64,000 nucleotides of DNA from Methanothrix sp. (GCA_037128175.1 JBAXWY010000003.1:77076-141075); one strand, 5' to 3'. Positions 50,369 to 60,476 are shown, numbered from the stretch's first letter. A program made the numbers and translations. The notes: generated by a model not told the origin, from the sequence alone.

Positions 50369-50797
50369 TCACCTGTACTTTATTGCAAACTCAGACTCGG
50401 ACATGCTCAGGAACTGTATTCCCTCTACCAGACTTATGAATGCAGGGACCAGTGTCCAGCAGAAAACCAGGTAGATCAACCCCATTCCGGTCCTGCCCAG
50501 GTAGAACTTATGCGCGCCGATGCCCCCCAGAAACAGTGCCAGTAAGGCTGCAGTAGTCTTGTTATGTCCGCTGACGACAGTTGTTGATGACCTGACCCCG
50601 CACTTGGGGCAGACCTCAGCCTTGGCACTGATCTTGGCACCGCATTCACTGCAAAATTTGCTCGATTGCGGCACACTTTCAGAGGCAACGGGCGCGGCTA
50701 CTGGTATAGCTGCGGGTGCTTGCGATGCAGCAGGTTCTGTTGTTTTAATTGACGTTTCATTAAATTCATTAGTATTTATATTATTAGCTTCTTGCAA
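50369..50797 (-). CDS. Double Zn-ribbon + TM2 (NINE-like) membrane protein
   Basis: CSECG...CPKCG; K..AALLALFLGGIGAHKFYLG; likely TTG start at 50797 after GAGGTG. Confidence 0.85.
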   Translation of the reverse strand: MQEANNINTNEFNETSIKTTEPAASQAPAAIPVAAPVASESVPQSSKFCSECGAKISAKAEVCPKCGVRSSTTVVSGHNKTTAALLALFLGGIGAHKFYLGRTGMGLIYLVFCWTLVPAFISLVEGIQFLSMSESEFAIKYR

Positions 50798-50972
50798 ATC
50801 AACCACCTCTCCGTCTATATGCAAAAAATGCCTATAGATCTTTAAAGGGTGGCCAGCCGTAAGACTGACAACTGGCATCTGCTATCAATGACAGCAGGGG
50901 CTTCGATGCCCAGGGCTAGTATCGAAATGTATTAACGTTCCTTTTTTCCCTCGGTCCCTGGATCAGCTAATG

Positions 50973-51866
50973 TTAATGAATGTCCTTTTCATTACCTGAA
51001 CGTCCCCCTGCTCCTACACCAACTCCCACTCCCACGTCTACAGCCACCGCTCCACACCCGCGGGCCACTGCGCTCCCTACCCCGCTGTACTCCGCAAATT
51101 TTGCCAGGGCCACAATCCCATTCCGGAGGCCCCCCGGCGCATTCCTGGTGAATGTGTACTGGCAGCGTCCTGTGAATCCCTGCCTCATAATGGGTCTTGG
51201 GTGCCCTTTGACCCTGTCGAAGACTGTGTTTACTACTATGCTGTGCGTCTCGTAGACGAGCGGCTTCTCGATCATGAAGCGGGCCATATCGTCTCGTTCC
51301 ATGCTCATCTTCATCTCTATCGGGCAGACTGCATTCCACTTGGACAACAGCGAGTGAAAGACCGCCTCTCGGTGCGGGAACATCTCATAAACCTTGGTGT
51401 TTTTGTATTGAATGCAGGTCGGCGACTTGAACTGAAAATCAAGACACGGCTCTTTGCTCTCCCCTGCTGATCTAATCAGATCCTCGAAGCTTGCCGTAGA
51501 GCTGGCCAGCTCCTCCACTCTCAGCTCTCCCTTCTCCAGCCTCAGATTTCGCTCTTTCAAAACCAGAGGTGCAATGATGGAGCGGAAGATCAGGGCCTCC
51601 TTTGCATCCGTTATCCCTACCGCCAGTTCGTACCTCTCTCCCACATCGACGGCCTTGTGCATGGCCCGATCCGAGCGGCGGAACCGGCCCTCCAGCGGCC
51701 CCAGGGAGATGGAGCTGATGGGCGAGTCGTGCGTGTGTTTGGCCATGGCACAGTCGCCCTCCCCCATGACGCTCAGAAGTGCCGAGTAGAGCTGGTAGCC
51801 CTCGCTGTAAGGCATCTCAAAGGCAGCTACCGGCCTGAGAGTCAGTGTGATCTTTTGCGGCATCAC
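50973..51866 (-). CDS. cas6: CRISPR-associated endoribonuclease Cas6
   Basis: F.SPT, SLLSKWN, GFTG, AEYSGVGSAVARGCG glycine-rich loop. Confidence 0.93.
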   Translation of the reverse strand: MMPQKITLTLRPVAAFEMPYSEGYQLYSALLSVMGEGDCAMAKHTHDSPISSISLGPLEGRFRRSDRAMHKAVDVGERYELAVGITDAKEALIFRSIIAPLVLKERNLRLEKGELRVEELASSTASFEDLIRSAGESKEPCLDFQFKSPTCIQYKNTKVYEMFPHREAVFHSLLSKWNAVCPIEMKMSMERDDMARFMIEKPLVYETHSIVVNTVFDRVKGHPRPIMRQGFTGRCQYTFTRNAPGGLRNGIVALAKFAEYSGVGSAVARGCGAVAVDVGVGVGVGAGGRSGNEKDIH

Positions 51867-51906
51867 TTCGGCATTACATCCCCTCGCATTTAAACCTGTC
51901 GATTAT

Positions 51907-51929
51907 TGCATTAATTTCATAATACTGCA
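51907..51929. promoter_or_regulatory. TGCA-N15-TGCA candidate operator (cas6)
   Basis: TGCATTAATTTCATAATACTGCA, ~40 bp upstream of the cas6 start. Confidence 0.6.
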
Positions 51930-52003
51930 ACTAAAAGCTTCTGCCCTCCAATACCTGCAAGGAAAATCATTATGATCCAAAATCCAGGTTAATCGTCTTC
52001 TCC

Positions 52004-52080
52004 GTTCGTTCGTCCTCTGTGCGCTCTGCGACTCTGTGGTTCTATTCCGTAAATCACCAGGGTTTAATTATTCAGCTACT
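52004..52080. repeat. Degenerate palindromic element copy (duplicated at ~53010-53105)
   Basis: CTCTGTGCGCTCTGCGACTCTGTGGTTCTATTCCGTAAATCACC present in both places. Confidence 0.7.
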
Positions 52081-52547
52081 ATCACCAATACCGTCCAGCA
52101 CTTGAGCCTCTCAGAGGGTACAGTCTCACCGTCTTCTGGCCCGTCTGGCCTGTTCATGGCCCTGAATCTGGTGAAAACAGGCAAGATAAAACTGAGTAGT
52201 CTCGAAACCTTCTTGGTGTCCTTGCTGTATTACGCAAATACATGAAATCCGCAAGCTGTGACCATAAAGACACGTCCGCAGATTCAGATTGAAAATCGGG
52301 ATCGTGTGACAGGATCTGCCTGAATTAGATAACAGATCATGGACACCAAGAAAAATTCGGGACTACACCTCTCAGCAATCTTTCTGAAAAATATTACTAC
52401 TAGATAAGCGGCTTAAAAGGGACAGACTTGTTCTCTTCGTCCGGGCAATCTTCATTTAGCCACTCTAAGTCGCCATCGCTCAATTGGTCAATGACAGCAT
52501 CTAGGTAAGCCCCTTTATCCGTGACGATATGCCTTTCCCGCATAGTT

Positions 52548-52871
52548 TCAGGTCCAGGGACTCTTCAGGTTTAATATCTTTGTACGCGGGATGAATGTGC
52601 TTTTCGTCTGATCAGTTATCCCCACCGCCAGTTCGTATCTCTCCCCCGCATCGACGGCCTTGTGCATTGCCCGATCCGAGCGAAGGAACCGGCCCTCCAG
52701 CAGCCCCAGGGAGATGGAGCTGATGGGCGAGTCGTGCGTGTGTTTGGCCATAGCACAGTCCCCCTCCCCCATGACGCTCAGAAGTGCCGAGTAGAGCCGG
52801 TAGCCCTCACTGTAAGGCATCTCAAAGGCGGCCGGAGGGCAGAGGCGCAGTGTGATCTTTTGCGGCATCAC
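52548..52871 (-). pseudogene. Truncated duplicate of the cas6 5' part
   Basis: First ~86 aa nearly identical to 50973..51866, then diverges; promoter region also duplicated. Confidence 0.9.
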
Positions 52872-52911
52872 CTCGCCATTACATTCCCTCGCATTTAAAC
52901 CTGTATATTAT

Positions 52912-52934
52912 TGCATTAATTTCATAATTTTGCA
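52912..52934. promoter_or_regulatory. TGCA-N15-TGCA candidate operator (duplicate cas6 promoter)
   Basis: TGCATTAATTTCATAATTTTGCA. Confidence 0.55.
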
Positions 52935-53321
52935 ACTAAGTGCTATTGCCCCCCAATACCTGCAAGGAAAATCATTACGATCCAAAATCCAGGTTAATCG
53001 TCGTCTCCGTTCGTTCGTCCTCTGTGCGCTCTGCGACTCTGTGGTTCTATTCCGTAAATCACCGGAGCATAATTATTCAGCCATTATTATTAACCACAGA
53101 GTCGAATCCGCTGCAGATGGACAGGACGACAGATAATTCTTAAAGGAAAAGATGCAAGTAAGATATAATGCCTGTGAAAGTAAGTTATGAAAACAAAGAA
53201 TCAAATGCAGATAGAATCGTAGGCCTTCTAAAAGACATCGATATGGGTTCTGTTGATCTTCAACATGCAGCAAGAGATATCTGGGTAACAAAGATTCTAT
53301 CTGATTGATAGCAATGAAAAA

Positions 53322-53385
53322 TTCGTCTTTGTGCCTTTGTGTCTTTGTGGTGATAGTCCGTAAACCAATGGTTAAAATTAGCACA
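53322..53385. repeat. Partial palindromic element, core in opposite orientation
   Basis: CTTTGTGCCTTTGTGTCTTTGTGGTGATAGTCCGTAAACCAATGGTTA matches the reverse complement of the copy 2 core. Confidence 0.7.
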
Positions 53386-53563
53386 TCTGAATATAATCCT
53401 GAAAAGCAAACGAGATCCCACCAGATACTACTACCAATACCCCCCGGCGCTTGAGCCTCCCCCTAGGGACGGGCTCATGCCCTGTGGCCCCCCTCGCACT
53501 CGTGCCCCTGGGCCCGACCGGCCATTTGCAGCATCATGCAATTGTCACATGGAAAAGCATTTA

Positions 53564-53586
53564 TGCATTAAATCAGTATTATTGCA
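53564..53586. promoter_or_regulatory. TGCA-N15-TGCA candidate operator at the csa3 start
   Basis: TGCATTAAATCAGTATTATTGCA ends 2 nt before ATG 53589. Confidence 0.6.
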
Positions 53587-53588
53587 TA

Positions 53589-54218
53589 ATGAAAACCTAC
53601 ATCTCCCTTTCAGGCTTCGATTCCTCCCAGATCGTATCCCTGATTGTGAAATACGGAGTGGAGGGCAAAGATTGCATCATCCTCATCCGTCCCGAAGTGG
53701 AGTTGGACACGCGCGGCGAGATGACGGTGCAGGCCATCCGAGACCTCTCCCGCCAGATCGACAGCTCCATTGATCTGCAGATCCACCGTGTCAATCACCG
53801 GGATTTTGAGGGCATGGTGGTCTCTCTAAAAGCTCTTCTGGAGAAGGCGGAGGGCCAGGTCATCGCCAACCTCTCCGGTGGGCCGCGAGAGATCTTCCTG
53901 GCCTTTGCAATCGCCTGCCTCTCCTCGTCCGGGAAGATCTTTAAGACCACCAACTACAGCGATATCGATCGGAGCCTCCATGAGGTCGGCCTGCCTAATA
54001 TCACTGCTGTTCTGGAAGACCGGCAAAAGAGGATTTTAGAGGACGTAATCATGAATCAGCCTACTACTATTACCGATATCGCAAAGCGCCTCAATGTCTC
54101 GGAGAGCACCGTCTCCCGCCAGGTGGCCCGGCTGGCCGATCTTGGCGCTTTGCATCTGCTGCAAAAGGGCAAGACCAAAGAGGTAAGAATAACCCTGACC
54201 GGGAAGATACTGCTTTAA
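53589..54218 (+). CDS. csa3: Csa3 CARF + wHTH transcriptional regulator
   Basis: MKTYISLSGFD, NLSGGPR (CARF), TITDIAKRLNVSESTVSRQVARL (HTH); divergent from cas6. Confidence 0.9.
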   Translation: MKTYISLSGFDSSQIVSLIVKYGVEGKDCIILIRPEVELDTRGEMTVQAIRDLSRQIDSSIDLQIHRVNHRDFEGMVVSLKALLEKAEGQVIANLSGGPREIFLAFAIACLSSSGKIFKTTNYSDIDRSLHEVGLPNITAVLEDRQKRILEDVIMNQPTTITDIAKRLNVSESTVSRQVARLADLGALHLLQKGKTKEVRITLTGKILL

Positions 54219-54244
54219 GCAATCAGACTGACAATACCTCTACC

Positions 54245-55702
54245 ATGAAAGTCCTCCTGGTCACGGGCAGACTGGCAGAAGCCCAGGTCAGATCTTTTGC
54301 AAAAGATGCGGATGTGCTGGTGGCCGATGTAGAGGTGGCCGCCTTCATCACGCCCGAGCTGTTGCTGTGCGCTTCCCCTCAGGGCTACGACCTTATCTTG
54401 ATTCCCGGCGCCATAACGGCTGATTTTCGGGAAGCGGAGCGTGCCTTAGGTGCCAAGATTCGCCTGGGGCCCAAGCACGCGGCGGACCTGAAAGAGGTGC
54501 TGCATCACCTTACGGGTGGGAAGATCGAGCTCTCCCGCTCCGTTCCTGCTTGTCAGCTATTGGAGGGAAATATGAGAGAGCGGGCCAAAGGCGAGGTGGA
54601 GAGGCTGGAGGCCGGGGCCGGCGCGCCGCTTCTGATCAAGGATGTCAAGATTGGGGGCAGCTCTCGCATGAAGGTTCTGGCCGAGATCGTCGATGCCACG
54701 CGCTGCAGCCCTGCAGCGTTGACGAAAAGGATCCGCTACTATGAGGAACAGGGTGCGGATATGATTGACCTTGGTATCCCGCTTGATGGCGAATCTAATC
54801 AGGTGAAAGCCGCGCTGCAAATAGCCCGAAAGGCCACAAATCTTCCCATAAGCCTTGATACCATTAAGAGCGAGTTGATCCTGGCGGGCCTGCAGGCCGG
54901 GGCAGATCTGCTTCTCAGCTTAAACGCCGGCAATCTTCCCCTGGTAGGCGAGGCGGTGGCCAGGGCGGGCACGCCGGCCGTGATCATTCCTGGTCCCGGT
55001 TCCATTAGTTTGGAGGAGAACCTGGCCTTGGCCCAGAAGATGGGAATAACCATTATCGCGGATCCTGTTCTCGACCCGCCTCTGCAAGGAATGGCCGTTT
55101 CCCTGCAAAGGTACAGGCTCTTCTCAGAGGCCCATCCAAAAATCCCTCTCTTTTTTGGAGCGGGCAATGTTACTGAGCTATTGGATGCAGATACCGTCGG
55201 CGTCAATGCCCTTTTAGCCGCTCTTGGTGCGGAGATGCAGGCCTCTATTCTCTTCACACCGGAGTTCAGCGCCAAAGCGACAGGAAGCGTGCACGAGCTT
55301 GCCCTGGCTTCGAGAATGATGCTGCTGGCCCGACAGCGTGACACGCCTCCCAAAGACCTGGGCCTCGACCTTCTCATCTTGAAGGAGAAGCGACACCTGC
55401 CGGAGGAAGCCATGCCCGAAACGTTCCTGCAAGCAAAAGAAGGTCACAATTACGAGCCAGACGGCTGTGGAAGCTTCAGGATATTTCTCACCCAGGGATC
55501 GATTATGGCTCAAAACGGCAGTGAAACTGTGGCGGGAAGGAATGCTCGCGACATCATCAATACACTCATCGAGCGGGGTTTGGTCAGCCGCCTGGACCAT
55601 GCCGGATACCTCGGTCGCGAACTGGATAGGGCAGAGATCGCTCTTCGCCTGAAAAGAAGCTATGTTCAGGATGAACCCCTCTGGTCCTCGGAGAAACGTT
55701 AA
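54245..55702 (+). CDS. Dihydropteroate synthase-like protein
   Basis: VTGRLA, LAEIVDA, GADMIDLG, GNVTELLDAD, C-terminal HAGYLGREL..AE.AL...YVQD. Confidence 0.88.
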   Translation: MKVLLVTGRLAEAQVRSFAKDADVLVADVEVAAFITPELLLCASPQGYDLILIPGAITADFREAERALGAKIRLGPKHAADLKEVLHHLTGGKIELSRSVPACQLLEGNMRERAKGEVERLEAGAGAPLLIKDVKIGGSSRMKVLAEIVDATRCSPAALTKRIRYYEEQGADMIDLGIPLDGESNQVKAALQIARKATNLPISLDTIKSELILAGLQAGADLLLSLNAGNLPLVGEAVARAGTPAVIIPGPGSISLEENLALAQKMGITIIADPVLDPPLQGMAVSLQRYRLFSEAHPKIPLFFGAGNVTELLDADTVGVNALLAALGAEMQASILFTPEFSAKATGSVHELALASRMMLLARQRDTPPKDLGLDLLILKEKRHLPEEAMPETFLQAKEGHNYEPDGCGSFRIFLTQGSIMAQNGSETVAGRNARDIINTLIERGLVSRLDHAGYLGRELDRAEIALRLKRSYVQDEPLWSSEKR

Positions 55703-55729
55703 ATATTTGGTCTCGCGACATAGGTGCGG

Positions 55730-56587
55730 ATGAAATCTAAGGCTTTTGCGATCTTTGTAGGCGCAATCATGATAATCTCCGCCTTTGCAGGTTTCGTGCT
55801 GAGGGGAAGCGACGAAGGCGGTAACATTGTGCCATCGGGAAATGACTCTTTGCAGACCTTTGGGGTACAGGGCCGCTTAGTGGAATGGGACTTTGGGGGA
55901 CTACAGGATGTCCTGCAGATGTCCCCGGAGAGTACCGTCATGGCATACTGGATCAACCTGAGTGCATCTCAGAATCTGACCGATGCCGCAACCGCAGCTC
56001 TGCCCCTGTCCCTGGGCCTCAGCTATGGAAGCCAGATTTACAGCACCAAGATTGAAAAGCTGGCTCATGTCAATTTCAATGGTACCTGGACGGAGTTTCA
56101 CGGGATAAAGCCCTACGTGGTAGGCTACAATGGCCTGGTAATTCCCTATCAGAGTTACATGATGATTCCGGCAGGAACCGATTACGCAATCGTGTATGGG
56201 AAGCCAGCCCTCTTTGGGACGCAGGACTCTGTGCGCAGCGTCATAGATGTGATCACAGGAGGCTTGGCCGCAGAGAGCTTTACTCTAATCGGTGATGAGC
56301 AAGCTGACCTGCAGGTGGCGGCTCTGGGCAGTGGCGGTAGTGGCATGCCCCTCTCCGGAGGATACAAGGAATTTTACCTGGGCGTAAAAGTAGCAAAAAC
56401 CCAGGAACAGGGCTTTGATCTGTTTGCCCGCTATTTGCAGCCCCAGGCGAGTGTGGGCAGCAAGGCAGAGGAAATCGCCGCGAAAAACAATCTCAGCTAT
56501 TCAACTATTGGCTCCGAGGTGGAAATATCCGGACTTGTGGCCCGGGAAAATCTGCAGAATGTGCTGATGGCTCTTCTCGGGCCGTAG
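55730..56587 (+). CDS. Hypothetical N-terminally anchored/secreted protein
   Basis: Hydrophobic N-terminus AFAIFVGAIMIISAFAGFV. Confidence 0.75.
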   Translation: MKSKAFAIFVGAIMIISAFAGFVLRGSDEGGNIVPSGNDSLQTFGVQGRLVEWDFGGLQDVLQMSPESTVMAYWINLSASQNLTDAATAALPLSLGLSYGSQIYSTKIEKLAHVNFNGTWTEFHGIKPYVVGYNGLVIPYQSYMMIPAGTDYAIVYGKPALFGTQDSVRSVIDVITGGLAAESFTLIGDEQADLQVAALGSGGSGMPLSGGYKEFYLGVKVAKTQEQGFDLFARYLQPQASVGSKAEEIAAKNNLSYSTIGSEVEISGLVARENLQNVLMALLGP

Positions 56588-56670
56588 CGCAACCTTTTTA
56601 CATATGGAGCTAATGGCAGATCTATTGCGATGAATGATGATGGGCAAGCTGCCCGGAAGGAGATTAAGTT

Positions 56671-57039
56671 ATGGCAAGACCAATATTCGTAAGATTTGAT
56701 GTTCCAGCAGAGCTGGCCACCATGTCTCTTGAAGCCCTCGAAATGGCTCGTGATACAGGCAGAATAAAGAAGGGAACCAACGAGGCCACCAAGGCCATCG
56801 AGCGCGGTGTGGCTCGCCTGGTTATTGTCGGCGAAGATGTTACCCCTCCTGAGATTGTGGCACATATTCCAGCTCTTTGCGAAGAGAAGAAGACACCTTA
56901 TATCTATGTCAAGAAGCAGAGCGAGCTTGGAGCTGCTGCAGGCCTTAGCGTAAAGAGCGCCGCTGCGGCAATCGTGGAGCCTGGAAAGGCAAAAGAGTTG
57001 CTTGATGAAATCGTCCAGAAAGTCGCAGCTTTGAAGTAG
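56671..57039 (+). CDS. rpl7ae: 50S ribosomal protein L7Ae
   Basis: [26 protein letters not shown]. Confidence 0.97.
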   Translation: MARPIFVRFDVPAELATMSLEALEMARDTGRIKKGTNEATKAIERGVARLVIVGEDVTPPEIVAHIPALCEEKKTPYIYVKKQSELGAAAGLSVKSAAAAIVEPGKAKELLDEIVQKVAALK

Positions 57040-57049
57040 GTGAGATCCG

Positions 57050-57262
57050 ATGGAGGATGAGAACGGAGTAGCGGCAGAAGTTATCGAGGTCATCGGCGTT
57101 ACCGGCATGCATGGAGAGGCGACGCAGATCAAGTGCCGTATCCTGGAGGGCAACAACAAGGGCCGCATTATCACCAGGAATTGCATGGGACCCATCCGCA
57201 TGGGCGATGTCATGATGCTGCTCGAGACTGCCAGAGAAGCCAAGAAGCTTACCAGCAGGTGA
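57050..57262 (+). CDS. rps28e: 30S ribosomal protein S28e
   Basis: TGMHGEATQ...[10 protein letters not shown]...LETAREA. Confidence 0.97.
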   Translation: MEDENGVAAEVIEVIGVTGMHGEATQIKCRILEGNNKGRIITRNCMGPIRMGDVMMLLETAREAKKLTSR

Positions 57263-57268
57263 AGGAAG

Positions 57269-57439
57269 ATGGAAGCGAGAAAGTGTTCCTTTTGCAGTAA
57301 GACCATCGAGCCGGGCACGGGCAAGCTTTATGCCAAAAAAGACGGCACGGTATTTTACTTTTGCTCAGCTAAGTGCGAGAATAACGTAGCCCTTGGCCGT
57401 GTAACGAGAAAAACCAAGTGGGCCAGAAAGGGGGCATAA
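57269..57439 (+). CDS. rpl24e: 50S ribosomal protein L24e (below ORF-track cutoff)
   Basis: Manual translation [39 protein letters not shown]...KW. Confidence 0.95.
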   Translation: MEARKCSFCSKTIEPGTGKLYAKKDGTVFYFCSAKCENNVALGRVTRKTKWARKGA

Positions 57440-57442
57440 GCC

Positions 57443-57901
57443 CTGGCGGAGTTAGAGCGAACCTTTGTCATGGTAAAGCCCGATGGTGTGCAGCGCGCTC
57501 TCATTGGCAAGATACTCCAGCGCATCGAGGAGAAAGGCTTCAAGATAGTGGCTATGAAGCTCGCTCTAATGCCGGTGGAGAAGGCCAAAGAGCACTACGT
57601 GGAGCACGTAGGCAAGAAGTTTTACCAGGATCTGGTAGATTTCATCACCTCCGGCCCCTGTGTCTCTATGGTAATTGAGGGGCGGGGCGCTATTACGGCC
57701 ATGAGAAAGATGAACGGCGCTACCAATCCGGTAGATGCCGTCTCTGGAACTATTCGAGGGGATCTGGCCATTGAGACCGGACGAAATGTGGTGCACGGCT
57801 CGGATTCTACCGCATCCGCGGCTCGCGAGATAGCGCTGCATTTTTGCTCTGGCGAACTGGTAGCCTACAAGCGAATAGATGAAGAATGGCTCTACGAGTG
57901 A
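57443..57901 (+). CDS. ndk: Nucleoside diphosphate kinase (probable CTG start)
   Basis: ERTFVMVKPDGV, TSGP, GTIRGD, NVVHGSDS. Confidence 0.95.
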   Translation: MAELERTFVMVKPDGVQRALIGKILQRIEEKGFKIVAMKLALMPVEKAKEHYVEHVGKKFYQDLVDFITSGPCVSMVIEGRGAITAMRKMNGATNPVDAVSGTIRGDLAIETGRNVVHGSDSTASAAREIALHFCSGELVAYKRIDEEWLYE

Positions 57902-58000
57902 GATCAGGCAGGAAGCATTTCTGCCTCCTCTCATCGGAGCTTTTAAATTCATAAGAATGAAACGTAATTTTTAGACTTACTTCTTTCAGGGCGCGACCGT

Positions 58001-59809
58001 ATGCAACAGAAGTCCAAAAAAGCCGGTAAAGCGAAGGACGACGAGTCCAACCTCAGAACACCCATAGTAGTGGTGATGGGGCATGTGGACCACGGCAAGA
58101 CCTCTCTTTTAGATAAGATCAGGGGAACGGCTGTTGCCAAGGGCGAAGCCGGGCTGATCACCCAGCACATTGGAGCCACAGAGGTTCCGCTAAGCGTGAT
58201 CCAGGAGTTTTGTGGATCGCATTTCGGCAAAGAGATGCAGATTCCCGGGCTGCTGTTCATCGACACGCCGGGGCATCATGCTTTCACCTCTATGCGGAGT
58301 AGAGGCGGCTCTCTGGCTGATTTAGCCGTGCTGATTGTAGACGTAAACGAGGGCTTCCAGCCCCAGACCATCGAGTCGCTGGCCATTCTCAAGCGCTTTA
58401 AGACTCCCTTTGTCGTCGCCGCCAACAAGATGGATCGCATCGGCGGCTGGCATCCTGTAGCCAACGCTCCCTTTGCCAAGAGCATCAAGGTGCAAAATGA
58501 AAGAGTAACCGGGGTGCTGGATACAAGGATCTACGAGCTGGTGGGCGAGCTCTATAAGCGCGGATTTGACGGGGATCGGTATGATCGAATCACCGACTTC
58601 ACAAAAACAATTGGAATTGTGCCCATCAGCGCTATAACCGGTGAAGGGGTACCTGATATTCTCATGATTTTGGTAGGGCTGGCGCAGAGATTTTTGAAGG
58701 ATAATCTGAAGCTAACTGCTACCGGCCCTGGTGTGGGCACTATCTTAGAGGTAAAAGAGGAGAAGGGTCTGGGTACGACCTTAGACGTTATCCTCTACAA
58801 CGGCGAATTCAACTCGGGCGATACGGTAATTGTGGGCACGGCCCATGAGCCTATCGTCACAAAGATAAGAGCCCTGCTAAAACCCAAGCCTCTGACGGAG
58901 ATTCGTAGCGAAGAGAGATTCCTGCCGGTAAAGCATGTGGCTGCTGCGTCTGGAGTGAAGATTGCCGCACCCAAATTGGAGAACGCTCTGGCAGGATCAA
59001 CCATTCGAGTGGTTACCTGTGTGGAAGAGGTGGAGGCCCTTTCCCTGGAGCTGAAGTCCGAGCTCGAAGCGGTGCGTATCGATGCAGAGAGCGAGGGCGT
59101 GATCCTAAAAGCGGATGCTATCGGCTCGCTGGAAGCGCTGGTGGGCGAGCTGAAGGCCAAGAACATAGCCATCCATCATGCTGATGTAGGGCCCGTTTCC
59201 CGGAGGGATGTGATCCGCGCTTCGGCCATCAAAGACCCACTGCTCTCCGCGATTTTAGCCTTTAATGTGGAAATCTTGCCTGATGCCATCAGCGAGATTC
59301 AGAAGACCAATGTGCCAGCATTTTGCAGCGATATCATCTACACCATTCTGGAGAACTATGAGCAATGGACGGAAGAGCAGAAGATGCGCATCGAGCAGGA
59401 GCGGCTTGAGGCAGTCATCCGGCCCGGTGCCGTCCGTATTTTGCCGGACTGCGTCTTCCGCCAGTCCCGGCCGGCCATTGTAGGTGTGCAGATCATAGGC
59501 GGTGTGGTCAGAACCCATGTCAACTTGATGAGAGAAGACGGTGCCAATGTGGGTGAGATTAGAGGAATCCAGGCGCGCAATGAAAACGTCGGCTCCGCGA
59601 CCGTCGGGCAGGAAGTGGCCATATCCATCGACGGGCCCACAGTAGGTCGCCAGATCCATGAGGGCGATATCCTCTATGTCAACATTCCTGAGAAGCATGC
59701 TCGCATTGTGGAGCTGGAGCTCAAGCCCAAGCTGGCGGAGGACGAACGCGAGGTACTGGAGAATTTCCTGGATATCAAGCGCAAGAAGGACCCCTTCTGG
59801 GGAAGATAA
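58001..59809 (+). CDS. infB: Translation initiation factor aIF5B/IF-2
   Basis: [25 protein letters not shown]. Confidence 0.97.
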   Translation: MQQKSKKAGKAKDDESNLRTPIVVVMGHVDHGKTSLLDKIRGTAVAKGEAGLITQHIGATEVPLSVIQEFCGSHFGKEMQIPGLLFIDTPGHHAFTSMRSRGGSLADLAVLIVDVNEGFQPQTIESLAILKRFKTPFVVAANKMDRIGGWHPVANAPFAKSIKVQNERVTGVLDTRIYELVGELYKRGFDGDRYDRITDFTKTIGIVPISAITGEGVPDILMILVGLAQRFLKDNLKLTATGPGVGTILEVKEEKGLGTTLDVILYNGEFNSGDTVIVGTAHEPIVTKIRALLKPKPLTEIRSEERFLPVKHVAAASGVKIAAPKLENALAGSTIRVVTCVEEVEALSLELKSELEAVRIDAESEGVILKADAIGSLEALVGELKAKNIAIHHADVGPVSRRDVIRASAIKDPLLSAILAFNVEILPDAISEIQKTNVPAFCSDIIYTILENYEQWTEEQKMRIEQERLEAVIRPGAVRILPDCVFRQSRPAIVGVQIIGGVVRTHVNLMREDGANVGEIRGIQARNENVGSATVGQEVAISIDGPTVGRQIHEGDILYVNIPEKHARIVELELKPKLAEDEREVLENFLDIKRKKDPFWGR

Positions 59810-59883
59810 AGGTGTTTTTAAAGGTGTTTTAAATCGCGCTTGATGAGATCATAATTCCGCTGCTGGCCGTCGGGCTGGCCGAG

Positions 59884-60423
59884 ATGGGCGACAAGACACA
59901 GCTATCCATCCTGCTGCTCTCTTCTCGCACCAGAGAATACTTCCGTCTTCTCCTGGGAGTGATGCTGGCCTTTTTGCTGGCGGACGGATTTGCCATCCTG
60001 GTGGGCTCCTGGGTGACGAATGTCATTCCCTTACATCTGGTAAAGCTCGTCTCCGGTTTAGTGTTTATACTTTTTGGCATATTGATATTGAAAGGAGATC
60101 AGGATGAGGAAGCGGAGAGCAACCTTTCCGCTAAGAGGGCTTTTGTATCGGGATTCTCTATGATCTTCCTGTCGGAGTGGGGGGATAAGACCCAGATCGC
60201 TTCCGCCCTCTTTGCCACAGAATACAACCCTCAAATGGTTTTCATAGGCGTCATGATTGCGCTTTTGCTTCTATCCATCATGGCCATATTCCTGGGCAAA
60301 TATCTATCGAGCAGGATCGATCGCAAAGTGATTACCAGAATTGGGGGTGTCGTATTCTTGCTGATCGGCCTGTCTTTCCTGCTCTCTGCCGTCACATCGT
60401 CTGCGTTTGCCGAAATGCTTTGA
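59884..60423 (+). CDS. TMEM165/GDT1-family transporter (true start probably upstream)
   Basis: Two ExGDKTQ motifs. Confidence 0.9.
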   Translation: MGDKTQLSILLLSSRTREYFRLLLGVMLAFLLADGFAILVGSWVTNVIPLHLVKLVSGLVFILFGILILKGDQDEEAESNLSAKRAFVSGFSMIFLSEWGDKTQIASALFATEYNPQMVFIGVMIALLLLSIMAIFLGKYLSSRIDRKVITRIGGVVFLLIGLSFLLSAVTSSAFAEML

Positions 60424-60438
60424 AAAAAAATGTTGCCA

Positions 60439-60476
60439 TTTTGAATACCCCGCAGATCCGCTACGGGTATTCAAAA
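60439..60476. terminator. Hairpin between convergent genes
   Basis: TTTTGAATACCC-N14-GGGTATTCAAAA. Confidence 0.55.

Noticed and set aside
50180-53400. Small ORFs over the CTCTGTG elements (TTKTQRHK, SVSSVSLW)
   Set aside because: Translations of the palindromic repeat arms.
53451-53588. N-terminal extension of Csa3
   Set aside because: The CARF domain begins at MKTYIS; the upstream region is promoter/operator.
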